DNA of 64,000 nucleotides from Patescibacteria group bacterium (GCA_041662565.1 JBAZSE010000001.1:193084-257083); one strand, 5' to 3'; shown: positions 17,572-26,150, counted from the first letter of the stretch. Translations and numbers: made by a program. Notes: generated by a model not told the origin, from the sequence alone.

Positions 17572-17760
17572 ATGTCTGAGTCCGATCATTCGGACGCTGA
17601 TTTTGCTACCATCACTGCAACCCAATCGTCAACGAATACAGATACAGAAGTTCAGCCATTGTTTCTGCTGCCGCCTAATCTAACTGGAATTGCTCGTGAT
17701 AAGCAGATCCAGAGAGATGCTATCAGAGCAGCTAGGACCAAAAATTCAAGTCGTCATTAG
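17572..17760 (+). CDS. Small orphan protein
   Basis: ggagg SD before ATG 17572; TTGACT/TACAAT promoter near 17404-17432. Confidence 0.5.
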   Translation: MSESDHSDADFATITATQSSTNTDTEVQPLFLLPPNLTGIARDKQIQRDAIRAARTKNSSRH

Positions 17761-17783
17761 GACGATGTTATGGAGGATAGCAT

Positions 17784-17966
17784 ATGTCCCTTGCCAGCCT
17801 AGAGCAGATGGGGCTCGTGGATAACGAAGTGATTTATGATGTCTGGTCTCGTCGAGGATCCTTTGAAGGGGTAGTTACTTCCAAGATACAAGAGGTAACT
17901 AATCCAACAAACCAGTCTTCATCTGCCAGTCAGGCAGAGCCCTCTCATAGAGGGGCGAGGAAATGA
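17784..17966 (+). CDS. Small orphan protein
   Basis: ggagg SD; followed by a terminator at 18002-18037. Confidence 0.5.
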   Translation: MSLASLEQMGLVDNEVIYDVWSRRGSFEGVVTSKIQEVTNPTNQSSSASQAEPSHRGARK

Positions 17967-18001
17967 TCTTCGTTTCTAAGAGCGTCTCAATGACGTTTCT
18001 A

Positions 18002-18037
18002 ACCGCTTACCACATCAATGGTCAGCGGTCTTTTTTT
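18002..18037 (+). terminator. Intrinsic terminator
   Basis: accgcttacca/tggtcagcggt stem plus T7. Confidence 0.7.
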
Positions 18038-18042
18038 ACCCA

Positions 18043-18651
18043 TTAATCAATGGGTAAATCAATCGGAGTTTTATCTTCCGTTTTATTTTTAACAAGCGGC
18101 TGATAAATTTCGTAATTGTTATTTTGATCTGGAGTTGCGCCAAAGGGATTAAGCAAAGCATCGGGCCCCTTATCATGTTCATGATTTACAGGCAGAGGTG
18201 TTTCGGCAAAAGCCGGACGAATATATGTTGGTGTGGCTGCTTTAATTGTTGGTTCCGTAACTGGTTTTTTATTGTCGGCCATAATTTCATCCATTCTTCT
18301 TTGGGCTTTAATTCTTTTGGTTTTGGCCTCCTCTCCGATTTTTAATTTGTCTTTTTCTTGGGCTTGGTTTTTAACAAAACTATTAACCTTGCCCAAAACA
18401 TTTTTTGGAGTATGCTTAAAAATTCCGGCCTTGCCCCAAGCTTTAACAGCGGCTACGGCTTCTTTTTTTGAAAGTGCTTTAGGATCATAGCCGCCCTTTA
18501 ATCCTTTGGCGATTTTTTTTGCCCTAACAGAATCAAAGCCGGCATCAATCAGGGCTTTTTCATTCAAGGCCTTAAGCTTTAATGATTTGGGGGTTAGGCC
18601 TAAAGCCAAGTTACCCATTTTTTTCATTAATGGATTGTAGGCAATTTTCAT
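18043..18651 (-). CDS. Lys-rich hypothetical protein
   Basis: 202-aa ORF with host-like codon usage; overlapping ORFs are shadows. Confidence 0.65.
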   Translation of the reverse strand: MKIAYNPLMKKMGNLALGLTPKSLKLKALNEKALIDAGFDSVRAKKIAKGLKGGYDPKALSKKEAVAAVKAWGKAGIFKHTPKNVLGKVNSFVKNQAQEKDKLKIGEEAKTKRIKAQRRMDEIMADNKKPVTEPTIKAATPTYIRPAFAETPLPVNHEHDKGPDALLNPFGATPDQNNNYEIYQPLVKNKTEDKTPIDLPID

Positions 18652-18714
18652 ACTTGTATTTTATCATATGCCGGCGTATTTGCCCATTTTTAACCAAAGA
18701 GCTATACTTAAAGT

Positions 18715-19008
18715 GCCCTATTTGATGAAGGCAGATTGGAACTTTACAAAAACATGACTTGGGAGTTTTATATTAGGCCTGGCCGTGGCTAGTCCTTGCA
18801 AACACCCTGCAGCCGTAACTGTCTTTCCACCGGTTATTGAGGTTCACTTTAATGACTTGCGGATGATAAGTGGCTCGCTTGGTATTATCGTAACTTCCAA
18901 TCATGCTCTTTTACAGATAGGGCTTTTAGTTTTGCCTTATTTTGTAACAAAAGCCCGGCTTTTCCGTCTTATTAAGTATAGGCCCGATGCTTGAAGGGCC
19001 TGTTTTTT
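18715..19008 (+). ncRNA. Candidate structured 5' leader / cis-regulatory RNA of the ABC exporter
   Basis: TTGCCC-17-TATACT promoter; long closing helix 18715-18741/18895-18923; alternative helices; terminator 18980-19008. Confidence 0.55.
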
Positions 19009-19016
19009 CATCCAGT

Positions 19017-20780
19017 ATGCATAATAACTACACAAAACAGACATTTAAGATTTTTTGGCAACATGTTGTGCCTCACCGCGGCCTTGGTTTAATAATGATG
19101 GCCGGGGTGGTTTTGGCGTCGGTGGCGCATCTTATCGTGCCTCTTTTTTATAAAGATTTTTTTGATATTATCGCTACCGCTCCCAATCCCGGCGTAGTTG
19201 TTCCCAATTTGATTGCCATTTTGGTTAAAGTGTTTATTTTTTACCTCATCATGTGGGCGTTTTGGCGCGTGGCCACTTTTTCTTTAAGCTACTTTCAAAA
19301 CATGATTATGGTGGATTTGGCCAACACTTGTTTTGCCTATATCCATAAACATTCCATTTCTTTTTTTAACAACACTTTTGTCGGTTCGCTGGTTAAAAAG
19401 ATTAATCGTTTTTCGCGTTCTTTTGAAATGATTGTGGATACCATTGTTTTTGAATTTTTGCCGATTTTGGTTGATGTGGTATTTGTTACGGTTGTTTTAT
19501 ACAGCAGGAACCGTTGGTTAGGTTTAATAGTTTTGGCCTGGGTAATTGTTTACATAGTAGTTAATTATTTTTTCAGCTTGTATAAATTAAAGTTTGATTT
19601 TAAAAAAAGCGAAGCTGATTCCCGAGTTACGGGGGTGCTGGCCGATTCCATTACCAACCACCAAAACATTAAATTTTTTAACGGTTATGAACGGGAAAAA
19701 AGTTTTTTTACCAACGTTAATAATGAGTTAAAAAAGATCCGCCAGTATTGCTGGGATTTGGCCAATATTTTTGAAGCTGTTCAGGGCTTACTAATGTTTT
19801 GTTTGGAAGTGGGAATTTTTTATCTGGCCGTTAAATTGTGGCAAAAAGGTTTGGCCACCATCGGCGATTTTGTGCTCATTCAGGCCTATTTGATTACCAT
19901 CTTTAACAGGATGTGGACCTTTGGCCGGATTATCAGGCACTATTACGAGCATTTGGCCGATGCCAATGAAATGACTGAGATTTTGGAAACCTCTCATGAA
20001 ATTCAAGATATTAAAGGCGCTGCTGATCTTAAGGTAACTAAGGGCGAAATTGAATTTAAGGAAGTCAGCTTTAGTTATCATCAAACCAGGCGGGTAATTA
20101 CCGACTTTAATTTGGCTATTAAATCCAAAGAAAGGGTGGCTTTAATCGGTCCATCCGGCGGAGGCAAATCAACTTTGGTTAATTTGCTACTCAGGAATTA
20201 CGATTTGGAAAAAGGCAAGATTTTAATTGATAATCAAAAAATCTCCGCTATAACTCAAGCAAGTTTGTGGCAAAACATTAGCGTTGTTTCGCAGGATCCG
20301 ATTTTATTTCACCGGACAATTTTGGAAAATATCCGCTATGGCCGGCCAAATTCCAGCGAAGCAGAGGTGATTAAGGCGGCCAAACTGGCTAACGCCCATG
20401 ATTTTATTTCAAATTTTTCCGCAAATTACCAAACCATGACGGGCGAGCGCGGTGTTAAACTTTCGGGGGGAGAAAGGCAACGCGTGGCTATTGCTAGGGC
20501 GATATTAAAAAACGCGCCGATTTTAATTTTGGATGAAGCAACTAGCAGTTTGGATAGCGAATCCGAACGGCTGATTCAAGAGGCCTTGCAAACTTTGATG
20601 AAAAATAAAACGGTTATTGTTATTGCCCACCGGCTATCCACCATTATGAAAATGGATAGAATTATTGTTTTAAAGGATGGCCAATTGTTTGAACAAGGCA
20701 CACATCAAACCTTGATAAACAAAAAAACCGGCCTTTACAAAATGCTGTGGGAACGGCAAGTGGGTGGATTCATTCAATAA
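19017..20780 (+). CDS. ABC exporter, fused permease/ATPase (MsbA/MdlB-like)
   Basis: TM domain; GPSGGGKST, LSGGERQR, ILDEATSSLD, IAHRLST. Confidence 0.93.
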   Translation: MHNNYTKQTFKIFWQHVVPHRGLGLIMMAGVVLASVAHLIVPLFYKDFFDIIATAPNPGVVVPNLIAILVKVFIFYLIMWAFWRVATFSLSYFQNMIMVDLANTCFAYIHKHSISFFNNTFVGSLVKKINRFSRSFEMIVDTIVFEFLPILVDVVFVTVVLYSRNRWLGLIVLAWVIVYIVVNYFFSLYKLKFDFKKSEADSRVTGVLADSITNHQNIKFFNGYEREKSFFTNVNNELKKIRQYCWDLANIFEAVQGLLMFCLEVGIFYLAVKLWQKGLATIGDFVLIQAYLITIFNRMWTFGRIIRHYYEHLADANEMTEILETSHEIQDIKGAADLKVTKGEIEFKEVSFSYHQTRRVITDFNLAIKSKERVALIGPSGGGKSTLVNLLLRNYDLEKGKILIDNQKISAITQASLWQNISVVSQDPILFHRTILENIRYGRPNSSEAEVIKAAKLANAHDFISNFSANYQTMTGERGVKLSGGERQRVAIARAILKNAPILILDEATSSLDSESERLIQEALQTLMKNKTVIVIAHRLSTIMKMDRIIVLKDGQLFEQGTHQTLINKKTGLYKMLWERQVGGFIQ

Positions 20781-20824
20781 AAATAGGCCTTGCCTTTACT
20801 GGTCAAGGCCTATTTTATTTTTTC
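20781..20824. terminator. Probable bidirectional terminator between convergent genes
   Basis: aaataggccttg...caaggcctattt inverted repeat with A and T runs. Confidence 0.65.
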
Positions 20825-21284
20825 GCGTATTCACAAAATAAACCAGCCAAGCCCAAATTAAAGCAACTAAAAAAATAGTTGAACCGATAAAACAAGGGGT
20901 TGTAAAAGGATTGGTGGTAATTTGGCCGGAACAACCAATTGTTGGCTGGCCGTTATTTTTTAAAAATTTAAATAGAACAAAGCTAAAGTTGCTCCAGGCA
21001 AAAATTGTGCCGGCAATTAAAAAAATGCCCAAATGTTTTAATGATTTAAGCTTAGTTAAAATTTCCTTTTTATTTAGGTTGAGCGACCAAATTAAAGCGA
21101 TTAAAAAAGCCCAAGATCCCCAAAAACAAGGGGTGGTAACGGGGTTGGGAATCTGGCAATCTTGGATTTTAAAAAACGTCCATTCTATGGCGTAAAATTT
21201 GTTAAAATCCTGGGCTACCGTGTAAAAAGCAAAAACCGTTCCACCAAATAAAATAAGATTTAAAATATAGTAAAGTTTTTTCAT
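20796..21284 (-). CDS. Four-TM membrane protein with a duplicated C-xn-NP-x-TTPCFxG motif
   Basis: DCQIPNPVTTPCFWG and GCSGQITTNPFTTPCFIG. Confidence 0.7.
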   Translation of the reverse strand: MKKLYYILNLILFGGTVFAFYTVAQDFNKFYAIEWTFFKIQDCQIPNPVTTPCFWGSWAFLIALIWSLNLNKKEILTKLKSLKHLGIFLIAGTIFAWSNFSFVLFKFLKNNGQPTIGCSGQITTNPFTTPCFIGSTIFLVALIWAWLVYFVNTRKNKIGLDQ

Positions 21285-21299
21285 GAGTTTAATGTATTT

Positions 21300-21410
21300 G
21301 GCCTCTCGACCTTGCTCGAGGCCATTCGACTCATTTTTATGGTTGAAGCTACGACTTTATGTCGTAGCGAAAACCATGAGCGACTCCGCTTCGGCGGAGG
21401 AGTCGAATGG
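21300..21410 (-). repeat. Multi-hairpin repeat element trailing the tRNA 3' fragment
   Basis: ccattcgactc/gagtcgaatgg, gctacgac/gtcgtagc, ctccgc/gcggag and ggcctc/gaggcc stems. Confidence 0.6.
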
Positions 21411-21479
21411 TCGGGGTGACCCGATTTGAACGGGCGACCTTCCGCCTTCGCGTTCCGCTACGGCGGACAGGCATGCACC
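21408..21479 (-). pseudogene. 3' fragment of a second tRNA-Pro (3' anticodon strand, T-arm, acceptor, CCA) with a 31-nt hairpin inserted in the variable region
   Basis: Minus strand reads GGTGCATG-[21471..21441]-AGGTCGCCCGTTCAAATCGGGTCACCCCGACCA. Confidence 0.75.
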
Positions 21480-21490
21480 TAAAAATAAAT

Positions 21491-21567
21491 TGGTCGGGGT
21501 AGCGGGATTTGAACCCACGACCTCACGCACCCCATGCGTGCGCGCTAGCCAACTGCGCTATACCCCG
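21491..21567 (-). tRNA. tRNA-Pro (GGG), intact, CCA encoded
   Basis: CGGGGTATAGCGCAGTTGGCTAGCGCGCACGCATGGGGTGCGTGAGGTCGTGGGTTCAAATCCCGCTACCCCGACCA folds as a cloverleaf. Confidence 0.96.
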
Positions 21568-21586
21568 TTGTGAATATTAAATTTAA

Positions 21587-21660
21587 GCACCTTTACCCGC
21601 CATAGCCGAAGGCGTCGGCGGGCCATGCGTGCGCGGCACAGCCAACTGCGCCACACCCCG
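21587..21660 (-). pseudogene. 5' fragment of a second tRNA-Pro with a hairpin inserted in the anticodon
   Basis: Minus strand reads CGGGGTGTGGCGCAGTTGGCTGTGCCGCGCACGCATGG-[CCCGCC...GGCGGGTAAA]-GGTGC; TTGTAA/TATAAT promoter upstream. Confidence 0.75.
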
Positions 21661-21757
21661 ATTACTGGCATTATAGTTGAAAATTTATATTTTACAAGCC
21701 CTAGCTGGCTAATGCGATTTTTTCCATTTTGATATATACTTATAATAGATTAAACTT

Positions 21758-22516
21758 ATGCCCAAAAAATATTGGATTATTATTTGCTTTGTTTTGGCCG
21801 TTGGTATTTATTTAAACCGGTCTTATGCTTATATTTATCAAAGAATAGATAAAGCCGGCTTAAATCCGCCTGTTCAAAATCAGCTTTATTCATTTGGCTA
21901 CACCAATGATGTTCCAAGTTACGAAGATTACGCGCTCTATGTGGCTTTAGGCGATAGCTTAACCGCCGGAGTTGGGGTTGATCAATATGAACAATCTTTT
22001 CCTTATCTGCTAGCAAAAAAAATAGCCGATGCCAAACAACCAAAAGTAATAACCTTAAAAACCTTGGCTGTGCCCGGAGCCAAAACCGCGGATGTTTTAA
22101 CTCTTCTTCCCACGGTTATTGCCAACAAACCACAGGCAGTAATTTTATTGATAGGCGTTAACGATATTCATGGTAACGTTTCTAAAGATGATTTTAAAAA
22201 AAATTATGAACAAATTGTAAGCGAGTTAACTAAAAAAACGTCAGCTAAAGTTTATTTAATCAATCTGCCGGCTATTGGCGCTAATAATTTATTGTTATTG
22301 CCCTATAATTATTACTTCAGGGCATTAACTAAAAATTTTAATAAAGTTATTAAAGAGTTGGCCGAGCAATACAATCTTACTTATATTGATTTGCATACGC
22401 CCACGGCCGATGTTTTAAAACATAACGGCAATTATTATTCAGTTGATTTTTTTCACCCCTCGGCTATTGGTTATCAGCATTGGGCCGAAATAATTTATGC
22501 AGATTTACATAAATAA
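21758..22516 (+). CDS. SGNH/GDSL hydrolase, membrane-anchored
   Basis: ALGDSLTAG, IGVND, DFFHPS. Confidence 0.92.
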   Translation: MPKKYWIIICFVLAVGIYLNRSYAYIYQRIDKAGLNPPVQNQLYSFGYTNDVPSYEDYALYVALGDSLTAGVGVDQYEQSFPYLLAKKIADAKQPKVITLKTLAVPGAKTADVLTLLPTVIANKPQAVILLIGVNDIHGNVSKDDFKKNYEQIVSELTKKTSAKVYLINLPAIGANNLLLLPYNYYFRALTKNFNKVIKELAEQYNLTYIDLHTPTADVLKHNGNYYSVDFFHPSAIGYQHWAEIIYADLHK

Positions 22517-23603
22517 TCCCACTTCAGCAACTTGGATTTTTGGTCTGATTTTAATAATCGGTTTGATCGTATCCTCTCGTTGGAAAAAAAATCAAGATCT
22601 GTTTCCGGTTTCATTAACCCAGGAATTAAAAGGCCTGGCTATTTTAGCGGTTATTTTTTCACATATCGGCTATATTTTGGCTACTGATAATCGTTTTTTG
22701 TTTCCTTTATCGATTTTTGCCGGCATTGGGGTAAATTTATTTTTGTTTTTATCCGGCTATGGCCTGACTGCCAGCGCTTTAAAAAAAAATTCCTCAATAA
22801 TTAAATTTTATAAATCAGGATTGATTAAATTATTTACGCCGCTTTGGGCCAGCTTGATTTTATTTTTTTTGTTGGATTTTTTTATTCTTAAATTAAATTA
22901 CAGTTGGCAAACTATTTGGCAATCGTTTGTAGGATTTTTTCCAAACGCCGATGTTAACAGCCAATTAAATTCTCCTCTCTGGTATTTTACATTGATTCTT
23001 TTTTACTACTTAATTTTTCCCATTGTATGGTTTAAAAAGTATCCTTGGGTTTCCGCCCTTATTTTATATGGCTTGGGTTATTGGTTTATCCGGTTTAATC
23101 CCTTTTGGCTGGTGAATGTTAAACATTTATATGAAGTTCATGTTGTTGCTTTTCCTTTGGGAGTGGCAGTGGCCTGGTTATTTTCTTGGCCGGTTTTTTT
23201 GGCAAAATTAAACTTATTAAAAATCGATAAAATTTGGCTTAAAAAAATCGGGCATTATATTTTATTGGCAACATTAATCATTATTATTTGTTATACCGCT
23301 TATTATTCGGGTGTGGGCAAGGGGCCCGTTTTAGAACAAAGGTTAAGTTTAATTACCATGTCGGCAATCGTGCTGCTTTTTTTGGTTAAAAAAATCGAAT
23401 TTAAATTGCTGTATTGGCTGGGTTTTTATTCTTTCGAAATATATTTATTACATTGGCCTATTTTATTCCGTTATGATTTTTTATATCGCTATTTGCCCAC
23501 CTACCCTTGGCTGGCAACCGCTTTTTATGTAATTGTTTTTTTGTTTTTAGGCATAGGTTTAAGAAAACTTTCCAATGTTGTAAGTAAAAAAATTAATTGC
23601 TAA
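22497..23603 (+). CDS. Acyltransferase-3 family membrane O-acyltransferase
   Basis: LKGLAILAVIFSH, GVNLFLFLSGYGL, PLWYF, SFEIYLLHW. Confidence 0.88.
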   Translation: MQIYINNPTSATWIFGLILIIGLIVSSRWKKNQDLFPVSLTQELKGLAILAVIFSHIGYILATDNRFLFPLSIFAGIGVNLFLFLSGYGLTASALKKNSSIIKFYKSGLIKLFTPLWASLILFFLLDFFILKLNYSWQTIWQSFVGFFPNADVNSQLNSPLWYFTLILFYYLIFPIVWFKKYPWVSALILYGLGYWFIRFNPFWLVNVKHLYEVHVVAFPLGVAVAWLFSWPVFLAKLNLLKIDKIWLKKIGHYILLATLIIIICYTAYYSGVGKGPVLEQRLSLITMSAIVLLFLVKKIEFKLLYWLGFYSFEIYLLHWPILFRYDFLYRYLPTYPWLATAFYVIVFLFLGIGLRKLSNVVSKKINC

Positions 23604-23631
23604 GTCGGTTTTATTCAGTTATAATATCTTC

Positions 23632-24267
23632 ATGATTTTAAATTTATTGTTTCAAGATCCGTTAATGTTTGTGGCCTGGCTCATGGCTATTGTTTACGGC
23701 ATTACGGTTCATGAATTTTCGCATGCTTGGGCGGCAACCTGGCAAGGGGATGATACGGCTCGTTTATCCGGCCGGTTAACTTTAAATCCTTTGGCTCATT
23801 TGGATATGGTGGGCATGCTAATGCTGGTGTTGGCTGGTTTTGGCTGGGGCAAACCGGTGCCGGTTAATCCTTATAATTTAAAGCGCGGCAAACTAAGCGA
23901 TAATTTGGTTTCTTTGGCAGGCATTATTGTTAACTTGGTTAGCGTTTTTATTTTTGGTTTTTTATTGAAGTTTTTTCTAACTCAAACCAATTTGGGAGGA
24001 GATAATCTACTGATCAATTTTTTATACATGTTGGTGATGGTTAATTTGATTTTGGCGGTTTTTAACCTTATTCCTATTCCGCCGCTTGATGGCTCACATA
24101 TATTAATGAATGTTTTACCGGAAAGGTTTGATAATTTTAAAGCCAGATTAACCGCCCAAGGCCCCTTTGTTTTATTGATTTTTATCTTAGCCGATAATTT
24201 TTTAAACTTGGGTATTTTTTCTTCTTTATTCCAGTTTTTCTTTAATTTGGTAGGCAGATTGTTTTAA
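23632..24267 (+). CDS. Site-2 protease (M50 family)
   Basis: HEFSH and FNLIPIPPLDG. Confidence 0.93.
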   Translation: MILNLLFQDPLMFVAWLMAIVYGITVHEFSHAWAATWQGDDTARLSGRLTLNPLAHLDMVGMLMLVLAGFGWGKPVPVNPYNLKRGKLSDNLVSLAGIIVNLVSVFIFGFLLKFFLTQTNLGGDNLLINFLYMLVMVNLILAVFNLIPIPPLDGSHILMNVLPERFDNFKARLTAQGPFVLLIFILADNFLNLGIFSSLFQFFFNLVGRLF

Positions 24268-24327
24268 GTGTTGACTTTTAATTAGGGGGGGGTAATATTA
24301 ATTTATCAAAGGGTTAATAATAAAAAT

Positions 24328-25548
24328 ATGGAAACTATATATATTATATTAGGCGCACTCCTTATTTTTGTTTGGGTTATACAAATAGATAAAATGAGTT
24401 CCGAGGTAATCCCTGAACAACATCCAAGAAGGTTTTTGTTTTATTCAATTACTTTGGCTACTGTTTTTTTCTTTTTTGTTGTACCATTTTTTACTACTTT
24501 TCCTTTCATAGGGCCGCTTGTTCCTACAATTTTGAGTTTTCGATTTTTTGAAGTTTGGATGGAAAAACATTCAATCTTTTCAATTTTAGGCGTTTTTGTT
24601 TTTATTTTTATTGGCGGATATGAACTTAGCTGGTATTTATCTAAAAATTACAATATCAAAAAAATGCTTTTTGGCTGGTTGCCATTGTTAATGGTTATTT
24701 TGGTAACGCCTCTTTGGCTTTATTATCAGTATGACCGTTTAGCTGACCTCGGCATTTATCAATATAGACAAACGGAGCATAGCATCTCTTCGGCTTTAAG
24801 AGAAAAAAAAGCTGAAAAAATAAAAGAAGAACTTATTCAAAAGGCTATTCAGCAAAAAAATTTAAATATTTGTAAAACAGATGCCATTGATCCAAACAGG
24901 CAAGATCAATGCTATGTTGAAGTAGTTAAGCATTTAACCAATCCTAGCCCCGATTTATGTAACGCCATAAGTGAAGATAGTTACAACGGGACGGATAAAG
25001 ATGGATCTCTAATTTATCTTAGAAAAACATGCTACTATAATGTAGCTATTGCTACTGGATATATAGAGTTATGTAATAACGGCGCTCTAGCTAGTACCTC
25101 TCTTTCACAAGATGAAAAAAATCAATTTTGTTTTAATCAATTTTTGACAAATTTAGCTCTCACTACTCGGGATATCACATTATGTAATTATGCCGATCAG
25201 CCAGCTAATAGAATGTTTCGTTATGAAAAAAAACACCCATCTTGTTTGAGTGAATTTATATCAAAATATAAAAATAAAAGTTTATGTTACCAATATAGTA
25301 GTTACGAGGACTGCCTTGTCTTATACGCGGGGATCACAGGCGATATTTCTGCCTGTAAAGAATTTCCAGATGGTAATAGTGGTAATAGATTTTGGTGCTA
25401 TACAAATATTGCTATTTTTCATAGGGATAGTAATATTTGTGAACAAAATCTTGGTGGAACTGATTTGGAGGCATGTCTTTCGGGTGTTAAGGATAGAATA
25501 AGTTGCGACAATAAAGATTCGGAAGTAAATTACGATGGGTGCTATTAG
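24328..25548 (+). CDS. Membrane protein with an extracellular Cys-rich repeat domain
   Basis: About 4-5 TMs followed by repeated C-xn-DxC-Y-x3-A-x6-C units. Confidence 0.7.
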   Translation: METIYIILGALLIFVWVIQIDKMSSEVIPEQHPRRFLFYSITLATVFFFFVVPFFTTFPFIGPLVPTILSFRFFEVWMEKHSIFSILGVFVFIFIGGYELSWYLSKNYNIKKMLFGWLPLLMVILVTPLWLYYQYDRLADLGIYQYRQTEHSISSALREKKAEKIKEELIQKAIQQKNLNICKTDAIDPNRQDQCYVEVVKHLTNPSPDLCNAISEDSYNGTDKDGSLIYLRKTCYYNVAIATGYIELCNNGALASTSLSQDEKNQFCFNQFLTNLALTTRDITLCNYADQPANRMFRYEKKHPSCLSEFISKYKNKSLCYQYSSYEDCLVLYAGITGDISACKEFPDGNSGNRFWCYTNIAIFHRDSNICEQNLGGTDLEACLSGVKDRISCDNKDSEVNYDGCY

Positions 25549-25575
25549 GTAAGTTTAATATTTAAAATTTTAATT

Positions 25576-26025
25576 ATGGAGTATAAAGTAACAAAAACAA
25601 TTGAATATTTTACCGTTGTTAATTTTTGTTTGACTATATTTTTTTTAGTTCAAATGTTTAGGCGTCCATTTTCTAGTTCCGGAAGCGGTACGCTTTCTCT
25701 GTATATGAGTTATACAGTATATTATTCTTTCTTTTTAGTTATTTTTTTGATATTTTCAATCCATCTGAAAAATAAAAAGGCATTCCTTATAAATTTTATT
25801 TTTTCAGTCGCATTACTGTTGATAGTTGGATATGTAGCTCTTCCTTTAACAAAGTATTATGCCCGAAAACAATGGCAAAAAATAATGTTTAACGCTATTA
25901 AACAAGGAGATGTTGGCGCTTGTGATGGTATACAAAAGGGTTTATCGGGATTTTATATGGGCGGTAATATATCGGAATGTCAACGTCGCGTATTACATGA
26001 AAACGACTATAACACATCTGAATAA
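25576..26025 (+). CDS. Small membrane protein with one Cys-repeat unit
   Basis: 3 TMs then AIKQGDVGACD...C. Confidence 0.6.
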   Translation: MEYKVTKTIEYFTVVNFCLTIFFLVQMFRRPFSSSGSGTLSLYMSYTVYYSFFLVIFLIFSIHLKNKKAFLINFIFSVALLLIVGYVALPLTKYYARKQWQKIMFNAIKQGDVGACDGIQKGLSGFYMGGNISECQRRVLHENDYNTSE

Positions 26026-26034
26026 AACCTCATA

Positions 26035-26150
26035 TTGACTTATTTTAATCACTCTGATATAATCGTTTTAAGTGTAAAAGTGAATATCATCAGTAGGGGA
26101 ATAATAGTACTCTATATGACTACGGCCGGTAATTGGTCAAATTTCACTTT
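26035..26150 (+). promoter_or_regulatory. str operon promoter and structured leader
   Basis: TTGACT-17-TATAAT (26035-26063); aaagtgaa/ttcacttt closing stem with two inner hairpins. Confidence 0.55.

Noticed and set aside
18785-18994. 69-aa GTG-start ORF, and the 18987 start for the ABC transporter
   Set aside because: Both lie inside the structured leader or terminator; ATG 19017, after the terminator, is more plausible.
21408-21660. Active prophage or ICE at the tRNA-Pro
   Set aside because: No integrase or phage genes nearby, and only about 110 bp lie between the duplicated hexamers.
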